Below are positions 1 through 8,973 of a DNA stretch of 64,000 nucleotides, in pieces (position 1 is the stretch's first letter; the number at the start of each line of letters is the position of its first letter). This stretch comes from Branchiibius sp. NY16-3462-2 (lineage in GTDB: Bacteria; Actinomycetota; Actinomycetes; Actinomycetales; Dermatophilaceae): contig NZ_LVCF01000042.1 of assembly GCF_001594145.1 (NCBI RefSeq), forward strand, positions 21,836 through 85,835, in the 5' to 3' direction. Under the pieces are notes generated by a model. That model saw only the letters and a list, made by a program, of their open reading frames with translations. It did not search any database and was not told where the DNA came from. A program made the position numbers and the translations under genes.

Positions 1-225
1 GTTCACGAGCTCGCTAAGGAAGCGGCGCGTCGCACTGGCCGCACGCAGACCAGTGCCATTGAAGTCGCGCTGGAAGAGTTCCTCGCCCGAACTGACGCTG
101 AGCAATCGGCCGAAGCCCGTCGGCAGCGGGCCAGTGAACTCATCGCCGAACTTCAGTCAATGTGTGCCGGTAAGGACTTGTCGACAGATTTCTTGTATGA
201 CGACGAGACCGGTCTGCCGGCGTGA
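1..225 (+). CDS. Type II antitoxin (VapB-like), 5' end outside the window
   Basis: Open frame runs from base 1 to TGA at 223-225 (...ALEEFLARTDAE...DETGLPA). It overlaps the GTG start of the downstream PIN-domain gene by 4 nt (GTGA), the classic antitoxin-toxin layout. Confidence 0.6.
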   Translation, partial: VHELAKEAARRTGRTQTSAIEVALEEFLARTDAEQSAEARRQRASELIAELQSMCAGKDLSTDFLYDDETGLPA

Positions 226-617
226 TCATCGATACCTCGGCGCTCGTTGCAGTACTTAAGGCCGAGGCTGGCTGGGAGCGGATCGTTGCAACTGCGGAGG
301 CGGCGCCGAGTCTACTGATCTCCGCAGCTACTTACGTCGAGTTCGGCATCGTCGTTGATCGGCGAGGTGGCCCTGCGGGCACGCGGCGGGCCGATAACCT
401 GCTCCGCTCGTGGCAGGTTGAAGTGACAGATGTGACGGTTCGGCAGGCCAATATCGCCCGCGCTGCCTATCGAGACTTCGGCAAGGGCACGGGACATCCG
501 GCCCAACTCAACTTCGGAGACTGCTTCGCCTACGCGCTGGCCGTCGAGCGTGACGAGCCGCTGCTTTTCGTAGGCGACGACTTCATCCACACCGACGTGC
601 GAACAGTTCCGGCCTGA
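222..617 (+). CDS. vapC: PIN-domain ribonuclease toxin VapC
   Basis: 131-aa ORF of typical VapC size. Conserved acidic PIN positions are visible: N-terminal IIDTSALVA, TYVEFG, FGDCFAYALA, LLFVGDDF. Coupled to the upstream small ORF. Confidence 0.85.
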   Translation: MIIDTSALVAVLKAEAGWERIVATAEAAPSLLISAATYVEFGIVVDRRGGPAGTRRADNLLRSWQVEVTDVTVRQANIARAAYRDFGKGTGHPAQLNFGDCFAYALAVERDEPLLFVGDDFIHTDVRTVPA

Positions 618-1049
618 GTCGCGCAGGAAGCCAACCCGCACGGGCGTACTAGTGGCCGAGGGCTGTCGGAGCTTTAATGCGAGATCCTGCGATTTTCCTG
701 GTGGGCATACCCGTTCGGCCATTGTTGATCAGCGTGCGGCGGAACTCCGAACCGTTGAGGGTGAATGCGGGTAGCTTCGGTCTAACCGAGTTGCTGGTGG
801 GCAGGGGAGCACTCCTGCGCGATCCGATCTCGGTACTCGATCGGAAGGAAGATGACCATGGAGAGTTTTGGTCATACAGGTGGGCACAGCTTGATTCCCG
901 ACGTCATCTTCTGGCCAGTGTTCATATTGATTTTTGTATTTTGCGTTGCATCCTACTTAGTGCGCAAGAAAAGGCAGAAATAGGACTGGCGATTCGGGCT
1001 GAGCGCAGTAACACCACCGTGGGCCGCCCGATGGCGCCTTAGTCGGTTC

Positions 1050-2348
1050 TCAGAGTTTGGGCAGCGGGGGGAGCGGCAACTCGCACAGCCACGGCTCCAC
1101 GATCCGGCCGACCGGGTGACCCGTGAACGTCTGGGCAAACTCCACGAACTCCTGCGTGGTGGCGTTGCTGCCCTTGTGCCGATCGATCCACCCGGCTAGC
1201 AGCGCGAAGAACGACTCATCACCGATCGCCGCCCGGATCGCGTGCACCGTGAGCGCGCCGCGCTTGTAGACCCAGTCATCGAAGACGTGCTCCGCGCCCG
1301 GAGCGGCCAGCAGATGGCGAGGAGTCTTGTCGGACAACTGTTTCCAGTGCACCTCGGCCTCGTCCTGCGTCGACCTGCGCCCGCACTCCTGCGACCACAA
1401 CCACTCGCTGTAGCACGCAAAGCCCTCGTGCAACCAGATGTCCTGCAACCGTGCCAACGTGACCGCGTTGCCGAACCACTGGTGGGCCAACTCGTGAGCG
1501 ATCAACCGCTGGCTGTCCCACCGGCGGTCCAGCAGGTTCGAGCCGAAGATTGACAACGACTGCGCCTCGAGGGGGATTTCCAGCGAATCGTCAGTGACGA
1601 CAATGCGATACGACGGGAAGGGGTAGGGCCCGAAGCAGCGGGTGAACAACTGCATCATCGCGGTCTGGTCCGCGAACGCTCGATCAAAGCGCGTACGCAG
1701 CGAAGGCGGCACCACGGCGTACGTCCGGGTCGGTCCGCCGGTCACCTCATGCTCGACGTACCGGCCGATCTGCACGGTGGCCAGGTAGGGCGCCATCGGC
1801 TCGGTCTGCACGTAACTCCACGTGGTCTTCGAGCCGTGCCGGCGCACGGCGGTGCGGGAGCCGTTGGCGACCACAAAGTACGCCGAGTTGCAGGTGACGC
1901 TGATGCGATACGGGGCCTTGTTGCTGGCCCGGTCGTTGCACGGGAACCAGCTCGGCGCGCCGCCGGGCTGCCCGGCGACCAGGACGCCGTCGTCGAGTTC
2001 CTCCCAGCCGGCCTCACCGACCTTGTCGCGCACCACCTTGGGCACACCGCGGTAGGTGATGGTGACCGTGACCCGGTCATCGATCCGCAGCGGCGAGGCC
2101 AGGCGCAGCCGCAACCGGTTGCCGTCGTGGCGGTGCCGTTCGAGTTTGACCCCGGTGATCTTGACGACCTTCAGCGCGTGCAGATCGAGGGTGAGGTCGC
2201 GCAGGTTGTCCTGCAGCGCGCGGATCGTCAGCGTGGCGCGACCGGAGAGATGGTTGTTCTCGATCGCGTAGTCGAGGTCCAGGTCGTAGCCCGTGACGGC
2301 GTACGTCGTATCTCCGTGACCGGGCAGATAGGGGTCAGCCGAAGGCAT
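1050..2348 (-). CDS. M1-family zinc metallopeptidase (aminopeptidase-N fold), candidate polymer-degrading enzyme
   Basis: Gluzincin signature HELAHQWFGNAVTLARLQDIWLHEG (HEXXH-X18-E). Start chosen at MPSADPYLPGHG (ATG 2348-2346), which overlaps the upstream TGA by 1 nt. The longer ORF up to 2570 is an Arg/Pro-rich artefact lying inside the upstream gene. Confidence 0.85.
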   Translation of the reverse strand: MPSADPYLPGHGDTTYAVTGYDLDLDYAIENNHLSGRATLTIRALQDNLRDLTLDLHALKVVKITGVKLERHRHDGNRLRLRLASPLRIDDRVTVTITYRGVPKVVRDKVGEAGWEELDDGVLVAGQPGGAPSWFPCNDRASNKAPYRISVTCNSAYFVVANGSRTAVRRHGSKTTWSYVQTEPMAPYLATVQIGRYVEHEVTGGPTRTYAVVPPSLRTRFDRAFADQTAMMQLFTRCFGPYPFPSYRIVVTDDSLEIPLEAQSLSIFGSNLLDRRWDSQRLIAHELAHQWFGNAVTLARLQDIWLHEGFACYSEWLWSQECGRRSTQDEAEVHWKQLSDKTPRHLLAAPGAEHVFDDWVYKRGALTVHAIRAAIGDESFFALLAGWIDRHKGSNATTQEFVEFAQTFTGHPVGRIVEPWLCELPLPPLPKL

Positions 2349-5300
2349 CAGTCCTCCGCCCAGGGGCCGATCGGGTTGCCGACCCACCGGGTTTTGTCCG
2401 GGACGGATTCCCCACGCATGACCAATGACACCGGACCGACCGTAGCGTGCCGGCCGAGTCGCGCGGCGGGCAGGATCACCCCGTGGGGCCCGAGCGTGGC
2501 GCCCTCGGCGAGTTCGACAGTGTCCAGTGACAGCACCCGATCGTGGAAGAGATGGGTCTGTACGACGCACCCGCGGCCCACGCTCGCGCCGGCTCCCAGC
2601 CGGATCAGATCCGTCTCCGGCAACCAGTAGGTCTCACACCACACGCCCCGCCCGATCCGCGAACCCATCGCGCGCAACCACAGGTTCAGCACCGGCGTGC
2701 CGGCGACCGAGCGGGCCAGCCAGGGCGCCGCCAACATCTCCACGAACGTGTCGGCTAACTCGTTGCGCCACACGAACGAACTCCACAGCGGGTGCTCGCC
2801 CGCGCGCACCCGACCGATGAGCGCCCATTTGGCCAGTACGGCGAGTGCGGCCGCAACCAGTCCGCCCACCATGAGCAGCGGGCCGAGCAGGATGATCGCC
2901 CACGCCCAGCCGAGGTGCTGCTGGATCGCCCACGCGCCCAGTGCGACTCCAGCGGCGAGGGCGAACGCCAGCAGCCACGGCACGATGCGGCAGACCTCGA
3001 CCAGGGAGCGGGCCACCTTCAGGCGCGTCGCGGGCGCGTAGGTGCGCGAGGAGTCGGCCTCGTCGGCGTGCCGGCGCAGCTGCATGGGCGGACTGCCGAT
3101 CCACGAGGTGCCCGACGAGGCGTGCTCCTTGCGGCCGGGGGCGGCCGAGAGTACGGCGACCAGCCCCTCCTTGGGCACCTTGCGTCCCGGGGCGGTCATC
3201 CCCGAGTTCCCCACGAAGGCCCGCTTGCCGACCCGCGACTTCTCGGTGCGCAACCAGCCGCCGCCGAGTTCATAGGGGCCGATGAGGGTGTCGTCGGCGA
3301 GGAACGCGCGCTCGCGGACGGTCACGAGCTTCGGGATCATCAGCACGGTGGACGCTTCGACCTCGTCACCGATCTTCGCGCCCAGCGACCGCAACCAGGA
3401 GGGGGTGAGCGCGCTGGAGTAGATCGGGAAGAGCCAGCCGCGGGCCTCATCCATCGTGCGCAGCGTGCCCCAGGCCGCGAGGGCGTGCCAGGAGTGCACC
3501 GGATGATGACCGGCCGCGACGCCGGTGCCCAGGAAGCGGACCAGCAACCAGATGAGCAGCGCAAGCACGACGATGCCGGTGAGGCCGCCGGCCACCAATG
3601 CCGGGACCGCCATCGCGGCTAGCGAGCGATCACCGACCACAGCCACTGCGACGGCAAGACCTGCCACAGTGGCTACGACGGGCAGGAGGCTGATCGCGAT
3701 GGCCAGGACGCCGTACGCGACGGACCACCAGGGGCGGTGCGGCGGGTGCTCATCGGACCACGAGCCGCGGGCTTTGCCGACGCGGCGGGCGGGTGCACCG
3801 CTCCACGCCTGATCGGCGGGCACGGTTCCGAAAACGCCTGAGCCCGGAGCGATCTCGCTGCGTCGGCCGATGTCACAACCGGGCACGAGCATCGAGCGGG
3901 TCCCGATCCGAGCGTCGCGGCGGACGGTGACCTGGCCGATGTGGATGCGGTCGCCGTCCATCCAATGACCGGACAGGTCGACCTCCGGCTCGATCGACGC
4001 GCCACGACCGACGTGCAGCATCCCGGTCACCGGCGGGATCGAGTGCAGGTCGGCGTCGCGGCCAATGCGAGCGCCCAAAGCCCTTGCGTACCAGAGCATC
4101 CACGGCGCACCCGAGAGTTTCGTGGCGCCGGTCTCGTCGGCGATCCGCTCGGCCAGCCACAACCGCATGTGGACCTTGCCGCCGCGCGGGTAGTTGCCGG
4201 GCTTCACGCCGAACAGCACGATCCGGATCAGTCCGACCGCGATCGCCATGCGGCCGATCGGAGTGAGGAAGAGTGCCCACATCACCAGGACGAGCCACCC
4301 GGAGGGTTTGGGTACGTCGATCGGCACGTGACCGGCGGCCAGCCAGCAGCCGAGGAGCAGCCAGGCGGCCCAGCGCAGACCGGCCAGCCAGCGGGTTCCG
4401 AAGAGGGCGAGTTGCTGTCCGATCTGTGACTTCAGCGGGGTCGGTCGCACCGGTTTGCTGCGCAACTGGGCGCTGGCGGTCATCGAATCCAGCCGGGTGG
4501 CAAGGGATTCGACAGTGGGGTAGTCATAGACGTCGGCGACCGTGATCTCCGGGTAGGTCTCTCGCAGTCGGGACACGATCTGTGCTGCCGACAGCGATCC
4601 GCCGCCGAGATCGAAGAAGTCGTCGCTGGCGGAGCCGACCACGGCGCCGAGGACTTCGAGCCACTGGTCGGCGACCTGCTGCTGCGAAGGAGTGAGTTCA
4701 GCGGTGCCGTCGGACTCCGCGCGCAGGGTTGCGACCGGCCAGGGCAACGCGTCCCGGTCGATCTTGCCGGAGGTGCGTGTGGGCAATGTGTCGACCTGCG
4801 CGAGGCGCGGCACCATGGTCGCGGGCAGTTCGGCGCGCAACCGGGACATCGCGGCCGATAGGTCGAAATCGCTGGCCAGCGTGATGTATCCGACGAGGAT
4901 CTTTGCGCCGGCGTCGGTCTGTCGAACGGCAGCGGCGCCGCCGGCCACCCCCGGCAGTGCGGTGAGGGCGGCGTCGACCTCGCCGAGTTCAATCCGACGA
5001 CCGCCGAGTTTGATCTGGTCGTCAGCGCGACCAGCGAAGAGCAGCCCGGCCTCGTCCTTGATGACGACGTCGCCCGAGCGGTAGGCGCGGTCCCACCCCA
5101 GAGTCGGCATCGCGGCGTACTTCTCGGCGTCCTTGGCCGGATCCAGATAGCGGGCCAGGCCGACGCCACCGATGATCAGCTCACCCGATTCGCCGTCAGC
5201 GACCGGATTGCCCTCACCATCAACGACTTCCAGGTCCCAACCGTCGAGGGGCAGGCCGATGCGGACCGGTCCTTCGGCGGTCAGCTGCGCGGCGCAGGCG

Positions 5301-6181
5301 ACGACGGTGGCCTCGGTCGGGCCGTAGGTGTTCCAGATCTCCCGGGTCGCGGTGGCGTAGCGGGCGCCGAGTTCGGGTGGGCACGCCTCGCCACCGAGGA
5401 TCAGCAGCCGGACCTTGTCGAGGGCCCGCGCGGGCCACAAGGCCAGCAGCGTCGGGACCGTGGACACGATGGTGATGTCATTGGCGACCAGCCAGGGGCC
5501 GAGATCCATGCCGCTACGGACCAAGGAGCGGGGCGCTGGGACCAGGCAGGCGCCGTACCGCCAGGCCAGCCACATCTCCTCGCAACTCGCGTCGAACGCG
5601 ACCGACAACCCGGCCATCACCCGGTCGTCGGTGCCGATCGGGTGACCCTGCAGGAAGAGGCGGGACTCGGCGTCGACGAAGGCGGCGGCGTTGCGGTGCG
5701 AGACGGCGACACCCTTGGGCAGACCCGTCGAGCCCGAGGTGAAGATGACCCAGGCGTCGTCCTCGACGGCGGGGGCGAGCACCTCGGGTCGGGGTGCGGC
5801 GGTGCGCAGGACGGTGAGGGCGAGGTCCTCGGTCAGCGTGGCCGCGACTCCTGCTTCGCCGAAGACGGTGACGGCCCGCTCGTCCGGATCGTCGGCGTCG
5901 ACCGGGACGTACGCCGCGCCAGCCAGCAGAGTGCCGATGATCGCGATGTAGAGATCGGTGGTGCCGGAGTTGATCCGGATGCCGATCCGGTCGCCGGGTC
6001 CGATGCCGGCCTGCGCGAGCTGTTCGGCCAGCGCGGAGGCGGTCTCGAGGAGTTCGGCGTAGGTGAGGACCGTGTTGCCGCTGTCGATCGCGGGGGAGTC
6101 GGGGCACTCGGCGGCGGTCTCGGTGAAGATGTCGACCAGCGTCCGCGGCGGTGGGGCCAGATCCCCCCGGCGAAGGGTCAC
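2348..6181 (-). CDS. Pls/PosA-family single-module non-ribosomal peptide synthetase (A-T-[2TM+C1]-[2TM+C2]-[2TM+C3])
   Basis: 1277 aa. Adenylation core motifs: LTYAEL, FTSGSTGLPKGV, NTYGPTE, GELIIGGVGLARYL, YRSGD, GRADDQIKLGGRRIELGEV. Carrier motif FFDLGGGSLSAAQI. No condensation or thioesterase domain. The C-terminal ~650 aa is three repeats of two hydrophobic helices followed by a soluble hexapeptide-repeat-like domain. AGGAGG lies 5 nt upstream of the GTG start at 6181. Confidence 0.9.
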   Translation of the reverse strand: MTLRRGDLAPPPRTLVDIFTETAAECPDSPAIDSGNTVLTYAELLETASALAEQLAQAGIGPGDRIGIRINSGTTDLYIAIIGTLLAGAAYVPVDADDPDERAVTVFGEAGVAATLTEDLALTVLRTAAPRPEVLAPAVEDDAWVIFTSGSTGLPKGVAVSHRNAAAFVDAESRLFLQGHPIGTDDRVMAGLSVAFDASCEEMWLAWRYGACLVPAPRSLVRSGMDLGPWLVANDITIVSTVPTLLALWPARALDKVRLLILGGEACPPELGARYATATREIWNTYGPTEATVVACAAQLTAEGPVRIGLPLDGWDLEVVDGEGNPVADGESGELIIGGVGLARYLDPAKDAEKYAAMPTLGWDRAYRSGDVVIKDEAGLLFAGRADDQIKLGGRRIELGEVDAALTALPGVAGGAAAVRQTDAGAKILVGYITLASDFDLSAAMSRLRAELPATMVPRLAQVDTLPTRTSGKIDRDALPWPVATLRAESDGTAELTPSQQQVADQWLEVLGAVVGSASDDFFDLGGGSLSAAQIVSRLRETYPEITVADVYDYPTVESLATRLDSMTASAQLRSKPVRPTPLKSQIGQQLALFGTRWLAGLRWAAWLLLGCWLAAGHVPIDVPKPSGWLVLVMWALFLTPIGRMAIAVGLIRIVLFGVKPGNYPRGGKVHMRLWLAERIADETGATKLSGAPWMLWYARALGARIGRDADLHSIPPVTGMLHVGRGASIEPEVDLSGHWMDGDRIHIGQVTVRRDARIGTRSMLVPGCDIGRRSEIAPGSGVFGTVPADQAWSGAPARRVGKARGSWSDEHPPHRPWWSVAYGVLAIAISLLPVVATVAGLAVAVAVVGDRSLAAMAVPALVAGGLTGIVVLALLIWLLVRFLGTGVAAGHHPVHSWHALAAWGTLRTMDEARGWLFPIYSSALTPSWLRSLGAKIGDEVEASTVLMIPKLVTVRERAFLADDTLIGPYELGGGWLRTEKSRVGKRAFVGNSGMTAPGRKVPKEGLVAVLSAAPGRKEHASSGTSWIGSPPMQLRRHADEADSSRTYAPATRLKVARSLVEVCRIVPWLLAFALAAGVALGAWAIQQHLGWAWAIILLGPLLMVGGLVAAALAVLAKWALIGRVRAGEHPLWSSFVWRNELADTFVEMLAAPWLARSVAGTPVLNLWLRAMGSRIGRGVWCETYWLPETDLIRLGAGASVGRGCVVQTHLFHDRVLSLDTVELAEGATLGPHGVILPAARLGRHATVGPVSLVMRGESVPDKTRWVGNPIGPWAED

Positions 6182-6286
6182 GCGATCCTCCTGGCGTCGT
6201 ACGGCGGCAGCGGGCTCAGTCTTTCACCGCTAGCGCCGCCGACGCGGCAGGGTCCGCAAAGCGGGCAGTCTTGGCGGGTTTCACCG

Positions 6287-6351
6287 CGACGATTCTGGAG
6301 CGATCAACGTTCTGCAGGGAGTTTCCGCAGCAAACGGCTCCAGAATCGTCG
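6287..6351. repeat. Perfect 15-bp inverted repeat (CGACGATTCTGGAGC / GCTCCAGAATCGTCG) with a 35-nt spacer, in the spacer upstream of the NRPS gene
   Basis: Read directly: arms at 6287-6301 and 6337-6351. It lies between the stop of the orphan gene (6377) and the NRPS start (6181). Either a terminator for the upstream gene or a regulatory stem/operator for the NRPS. Confidence 0.55.
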
Positions 6352-6376
6352 ATCGCTCCAAAATCAGTGGGACAAG

Positions 6377-7567
6377 TCAGCCGTCAAGAGGAAGTCGCGG
6401 CGGTTGGTCGAGCCCAGCCCGCTCGCGCACGCGGGCTAGGAGCTCAGTGACATCGCGGTGCGCCTGGTCGACACCCTCCGCACCGTCGAGCATTGACGCG
6501 GTGGAGCGCTGAATGATCGCGGTGATGTGATGTGCGTAGCGCCGGACTGTGTAGGACTGCCGCAACGGCGGGCCGAAGCCGCCGTCCCACGTGCCGGTGA
6601 TCTCCAGCAACCGGACCGGCGAGTTGCGCCACCAGTCCGCCCAGGCCGGGTCAACCTGGACATGACAAAGCAACTGGTCCAGGGTCTGCTCGTACTCCCG
6701 CGGCATGCCATTGGTTAAGCCGTGACCGCAGAAGCGGATCTCGTGCGGCTGCTCCGGCGCTGAGCGACCGACGCCCATGACGGATAAACCCAGACCGGAG
6801 CTAACGACAGGCTTTGCTGGAGCGGTGGGTTCCGGTGGCCACACGACGTCGGGCTCGGTCGCTGTCAGCTGCGATAGAGACCAGCGCGACGTCGCAGCTT
6901 GTGTGCCGAACAGGCCTACCCACGGCACCGCCTCGACGCTCTCGGCACCTGCCCATCGCAACGTCCGAGCTGAGCGTTGGAAGCCTTCGATCGTGCTGAA
7001 GCTGGGGACTGCCTCCGAACGGAGGACCTGGGCTGTCTTGACGTCGGTCACCTCGAGGATGGCGATGCCGAAACCGTTGTCCTGCAGGCTGAACCGAAGG
7101 CGCGCCTTGTGCTTCCGGGTCCGCGATGTCTTCCAGGGACTATCCCAAGAGAACTCGAAGCGGTGAGCGATCACTGCGGCGTGCGCCTCGTTCAGCCGCT
7201 CGGGATCCCAACCTCGCGCCTGGCCGAGGCGCATCATGCCGCCGTGCACAGTTTCCAGGACTAGTGCTGCGCGATAGCCCGCGTCCAACGTGGTCGCTGC
7301 CGGTGGCAGCGTCACCCTGCCGGACTCGCTGTCGCTCGGATCGACCGACATGGCCACCTCGACATCGCCGGGTTCGCCCTGCCCGACGAAGAACCGCACA
7401 CTGCTCGACCGGTTCGACAACTCGGCCTTTCGCAGAGCGTCGCTATAGCGCTCGCACACCCGTCGCGAGGTTCGTACGAAAGCGTCGCAGTTCGGTTCAT
7501 CAGGATCCCAGGGCTCCGCCTCTGGTCCGGCCAGCGGCCAGAAGTGCACATCTCGCAGGAGCCCCAT
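6377..7567 (-). CDS. Hypothetical protein (no recognisable motifs)
   Basis: Long ORF with GC-rich third codon positions. Start chosen at MGLLRDVHFWPL (ATG 7567-7565), 14 nt downstream of the permease stop. The upstream extension to 7714 is Arg-rich and overlaps the permease gene. No TM segments or known motifs seen. Confidence 0.6.
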   Translation of the reverse strand: MGLLRDVHFWPLAGPEAEPWDPDEPNCDAFVRTSRRVCERYSDALRKAELSNRSSSVRFFVGQGEPGDVEVAMSVDPSDSESGRVTLPPAATTLDAGYRAALVLETVHGGMMRLGQARGWDPERLNEAHAAVIAHRFEFSWDSPWKTSRTRKHKARLRFSLQDNGFGIAILEVTDVKTAQVLRSEAVPSFSTIEGFQRSARTLRWAGAESVEAVPWVGLFGTQAATSRWSLSQLTATEPDVVWPPEPTAPAKPVVSSGLGLSVMGVGRSAPEQPHEIRFCGHGLTNGMPREYEQTLDQLLCHVQVDPAWADWWRNSPVRLLEITGTWDGGFGPPLRQSYTVRRYAHHITAIIQRSTASMLDGAEGVDQAHRDVTELLARVRERAGLDQPPRLPLDG

Positions 7568-7581
7568 GGACGCCAAGATAG

Positions 7582-8973
7582 TCAGCCGTCGATGCGGAGG
7601 GCTGCGACGACGGGAACGCTCGTTGCGCGGCGGGCTGGGGGCAGTGCGGACACCAGGACCAGCGCGACACCGACCGCGGCAACGGTGCCGAGGAATGCCC
7701 AGGGCGTGCCCCACACGAAGCCGTTGGTCTGGAAGCCGATGACCGACTGTGCTCCGATCGAGCCGAAGATCACCCCCAGGATCAGTCCGAAGAGGACCGC
7801 GGTCCCGGCGAGGGCCGCTGATTCGCGGGTGATCATCGAGCGGATCTGGGTGCCGGTGAAACCGACGGCTCGCAGCAGACCGATCTCCCGGCGCCTCTGG
7901 ATCACCGTGAGGGACATCGTCGAGATGAATCCGATCACCGAGATGACGCAGGACACCACCACGATGCCCGTCATCACGGCACCGATCGCACTGAGCAACT
8001 GATGGGCTAGCTCCCGGTCGGCGGGTGTGAGTTGGGTCCAGCCGTCGACGGCCTGCTGCAGAGCGCCCATCCCGGACGCGATGGTGGTGACGATTGCCAC
8101 ACCGATGACCAGACCCATCGTGGAGCGGGTGGTGCGCTGCGGGTCGAGGACCGCGTTACGACGGGCGATGCGGCTGGCGGGAGTTTCGCCCAGCGCTCGT
8201 CCGGCGGCGCTGACCAGCCCGGGCACGACGTACCGCGCACCGATCAGCAAGCCGGTCGCGAAGGTGGCGGCGCCGAGGAAGGCGAGCAGGAAGCCGTAGC
8301 CCGCGTAGTGCTCGCCGGTCCAGGCGGCGCCGAGCAGGAAGACAACGCCGGCGGCCATCGTGAGTACGGCGAAGGCCTTGCGCAGCCGGGACTCGCGGCG
8401 GGTCGCCGCCGAAGGGGCGGATACTCCGGTCATCGCTTCAGCCGGTGTCACGGTCAGGACGCGGCGGGACCCGAGCCAGCCACACACCAGCGCCACGATC
8501 GCGATGATGAGGACCGGGACGATCAGGAAGCTGCTGGTCAGCGGATAGTCGTGCGACGGGAGCGTGCCGCGTGCCACCAACACGACCCGCGCGACGGCGG
8601 TGATGGCGACCCCGAGGGCCGCTCCCCCGAGGGCAGCCAGCAGGCCGATCAGGCCGGTGGATCGCATCACCACCTTGCGCAGGTCGGCTGAGCGGGCGCC
8701 GAGCAATCGCAGCAGCGCCAACTGCCGCAACCGTCCGGCCAGGACCGTGTCGACCGCGTTGGTGATGACGACCGCTGCCACGTAGATCGCGACGAGGTTG
8801 AACACCAACGAGGCGATCTGCAGGGTGAAGCCGAGCCTGCCCGGGTCGTTGCCGAGGGTCGCCAATACCGCACTGGCAGAGACCAATACACCGGCGTACA
8901 GGCCGCAGAGGGCAGCGACCAATCCGATCGTGCCGAGGTCGCGACCGGAGCCAAGGACGAGTTCCCTATTCAC
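7582..8973 (-). CDS. ABC transporter permease with duplicated FtsX domains
   Basis: About 10 hydrophobic segments. Two FtsX-type loops: LLRLLGARSADLRKVVM and IGLLRAVGFTGTQIRSMI. GTG start at 8973-8971 overlaps the ATPase stop by 4 nt (GTGA). Confidence 0.85.
   Translation of the reverse strand: MNRELVLGSGRDLGTIGLVAALCGLYAGVLVSASAVLATLGNDPGRLGFTLQIASLVFNLVAIYVAAVVITNAVDTVLAGRLRQLALLRLLGARSADLRKVVMRSTGLIGLLAALGGAALGVAITAVARVVLVARGTLPSHDYPLTSSFLIVPVLIIAIVALVCGWLGSRRVLTVTPAEAMTGVSAPSAATRRESRLRKAFAVLTMAAGVVFLLGAAWTGEHYAGYGFLLAFLGAATFATGLLIGARYVVPGLVSAAGRALGETPASRIARRNAVLDPQRTTRSTMGLVIGVAIVTTIASGMGALQQAVDGWTQLTPADRELAHQLLSAIGAVMTGIVVVSCVISVIGFISTMSLTVIQRRREIGLLRAVGFTGTQIRSMITRESAALAGTAVLFGLILGVIFGSIGAQSVIGFQTNGFVWGTPWAFLGTVAAVGVALVLVSALPPARRATSVPVVAALRIDG

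Noticed and set aside
53-259. 68-aa ORF at the window start
   Set aside because: It is out of frame with the antitoxin-like reading frame that couples to vapC, and its sequence is Ser/Pro/Arg-rich.
677-1042. 121-aa ORF in the vapC/peptidase spacer
   Set aside because: Atypical composition for this genome, no motifs, and it runs through the AT-rich patch. Kept only as part of the spacer observation, not as a gene.
2349-2570. N-terminal extensions of several minus- or plus-strand ORFs (1050-2570, 6377-7714, 10861-12201, 12041-13072, 13486-14715, 16716-17597, 32620-33408, 40900-42705, 45508-46896)
   Set aside because: In each case the extension overlaps the neighbouring gene, is Arg/Pro-rich and lacks family motifs. 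An internal ATG/GTG with sensible spacing or a 1-4-nt coupling overlap gives a protein that begins where the family normally begins.
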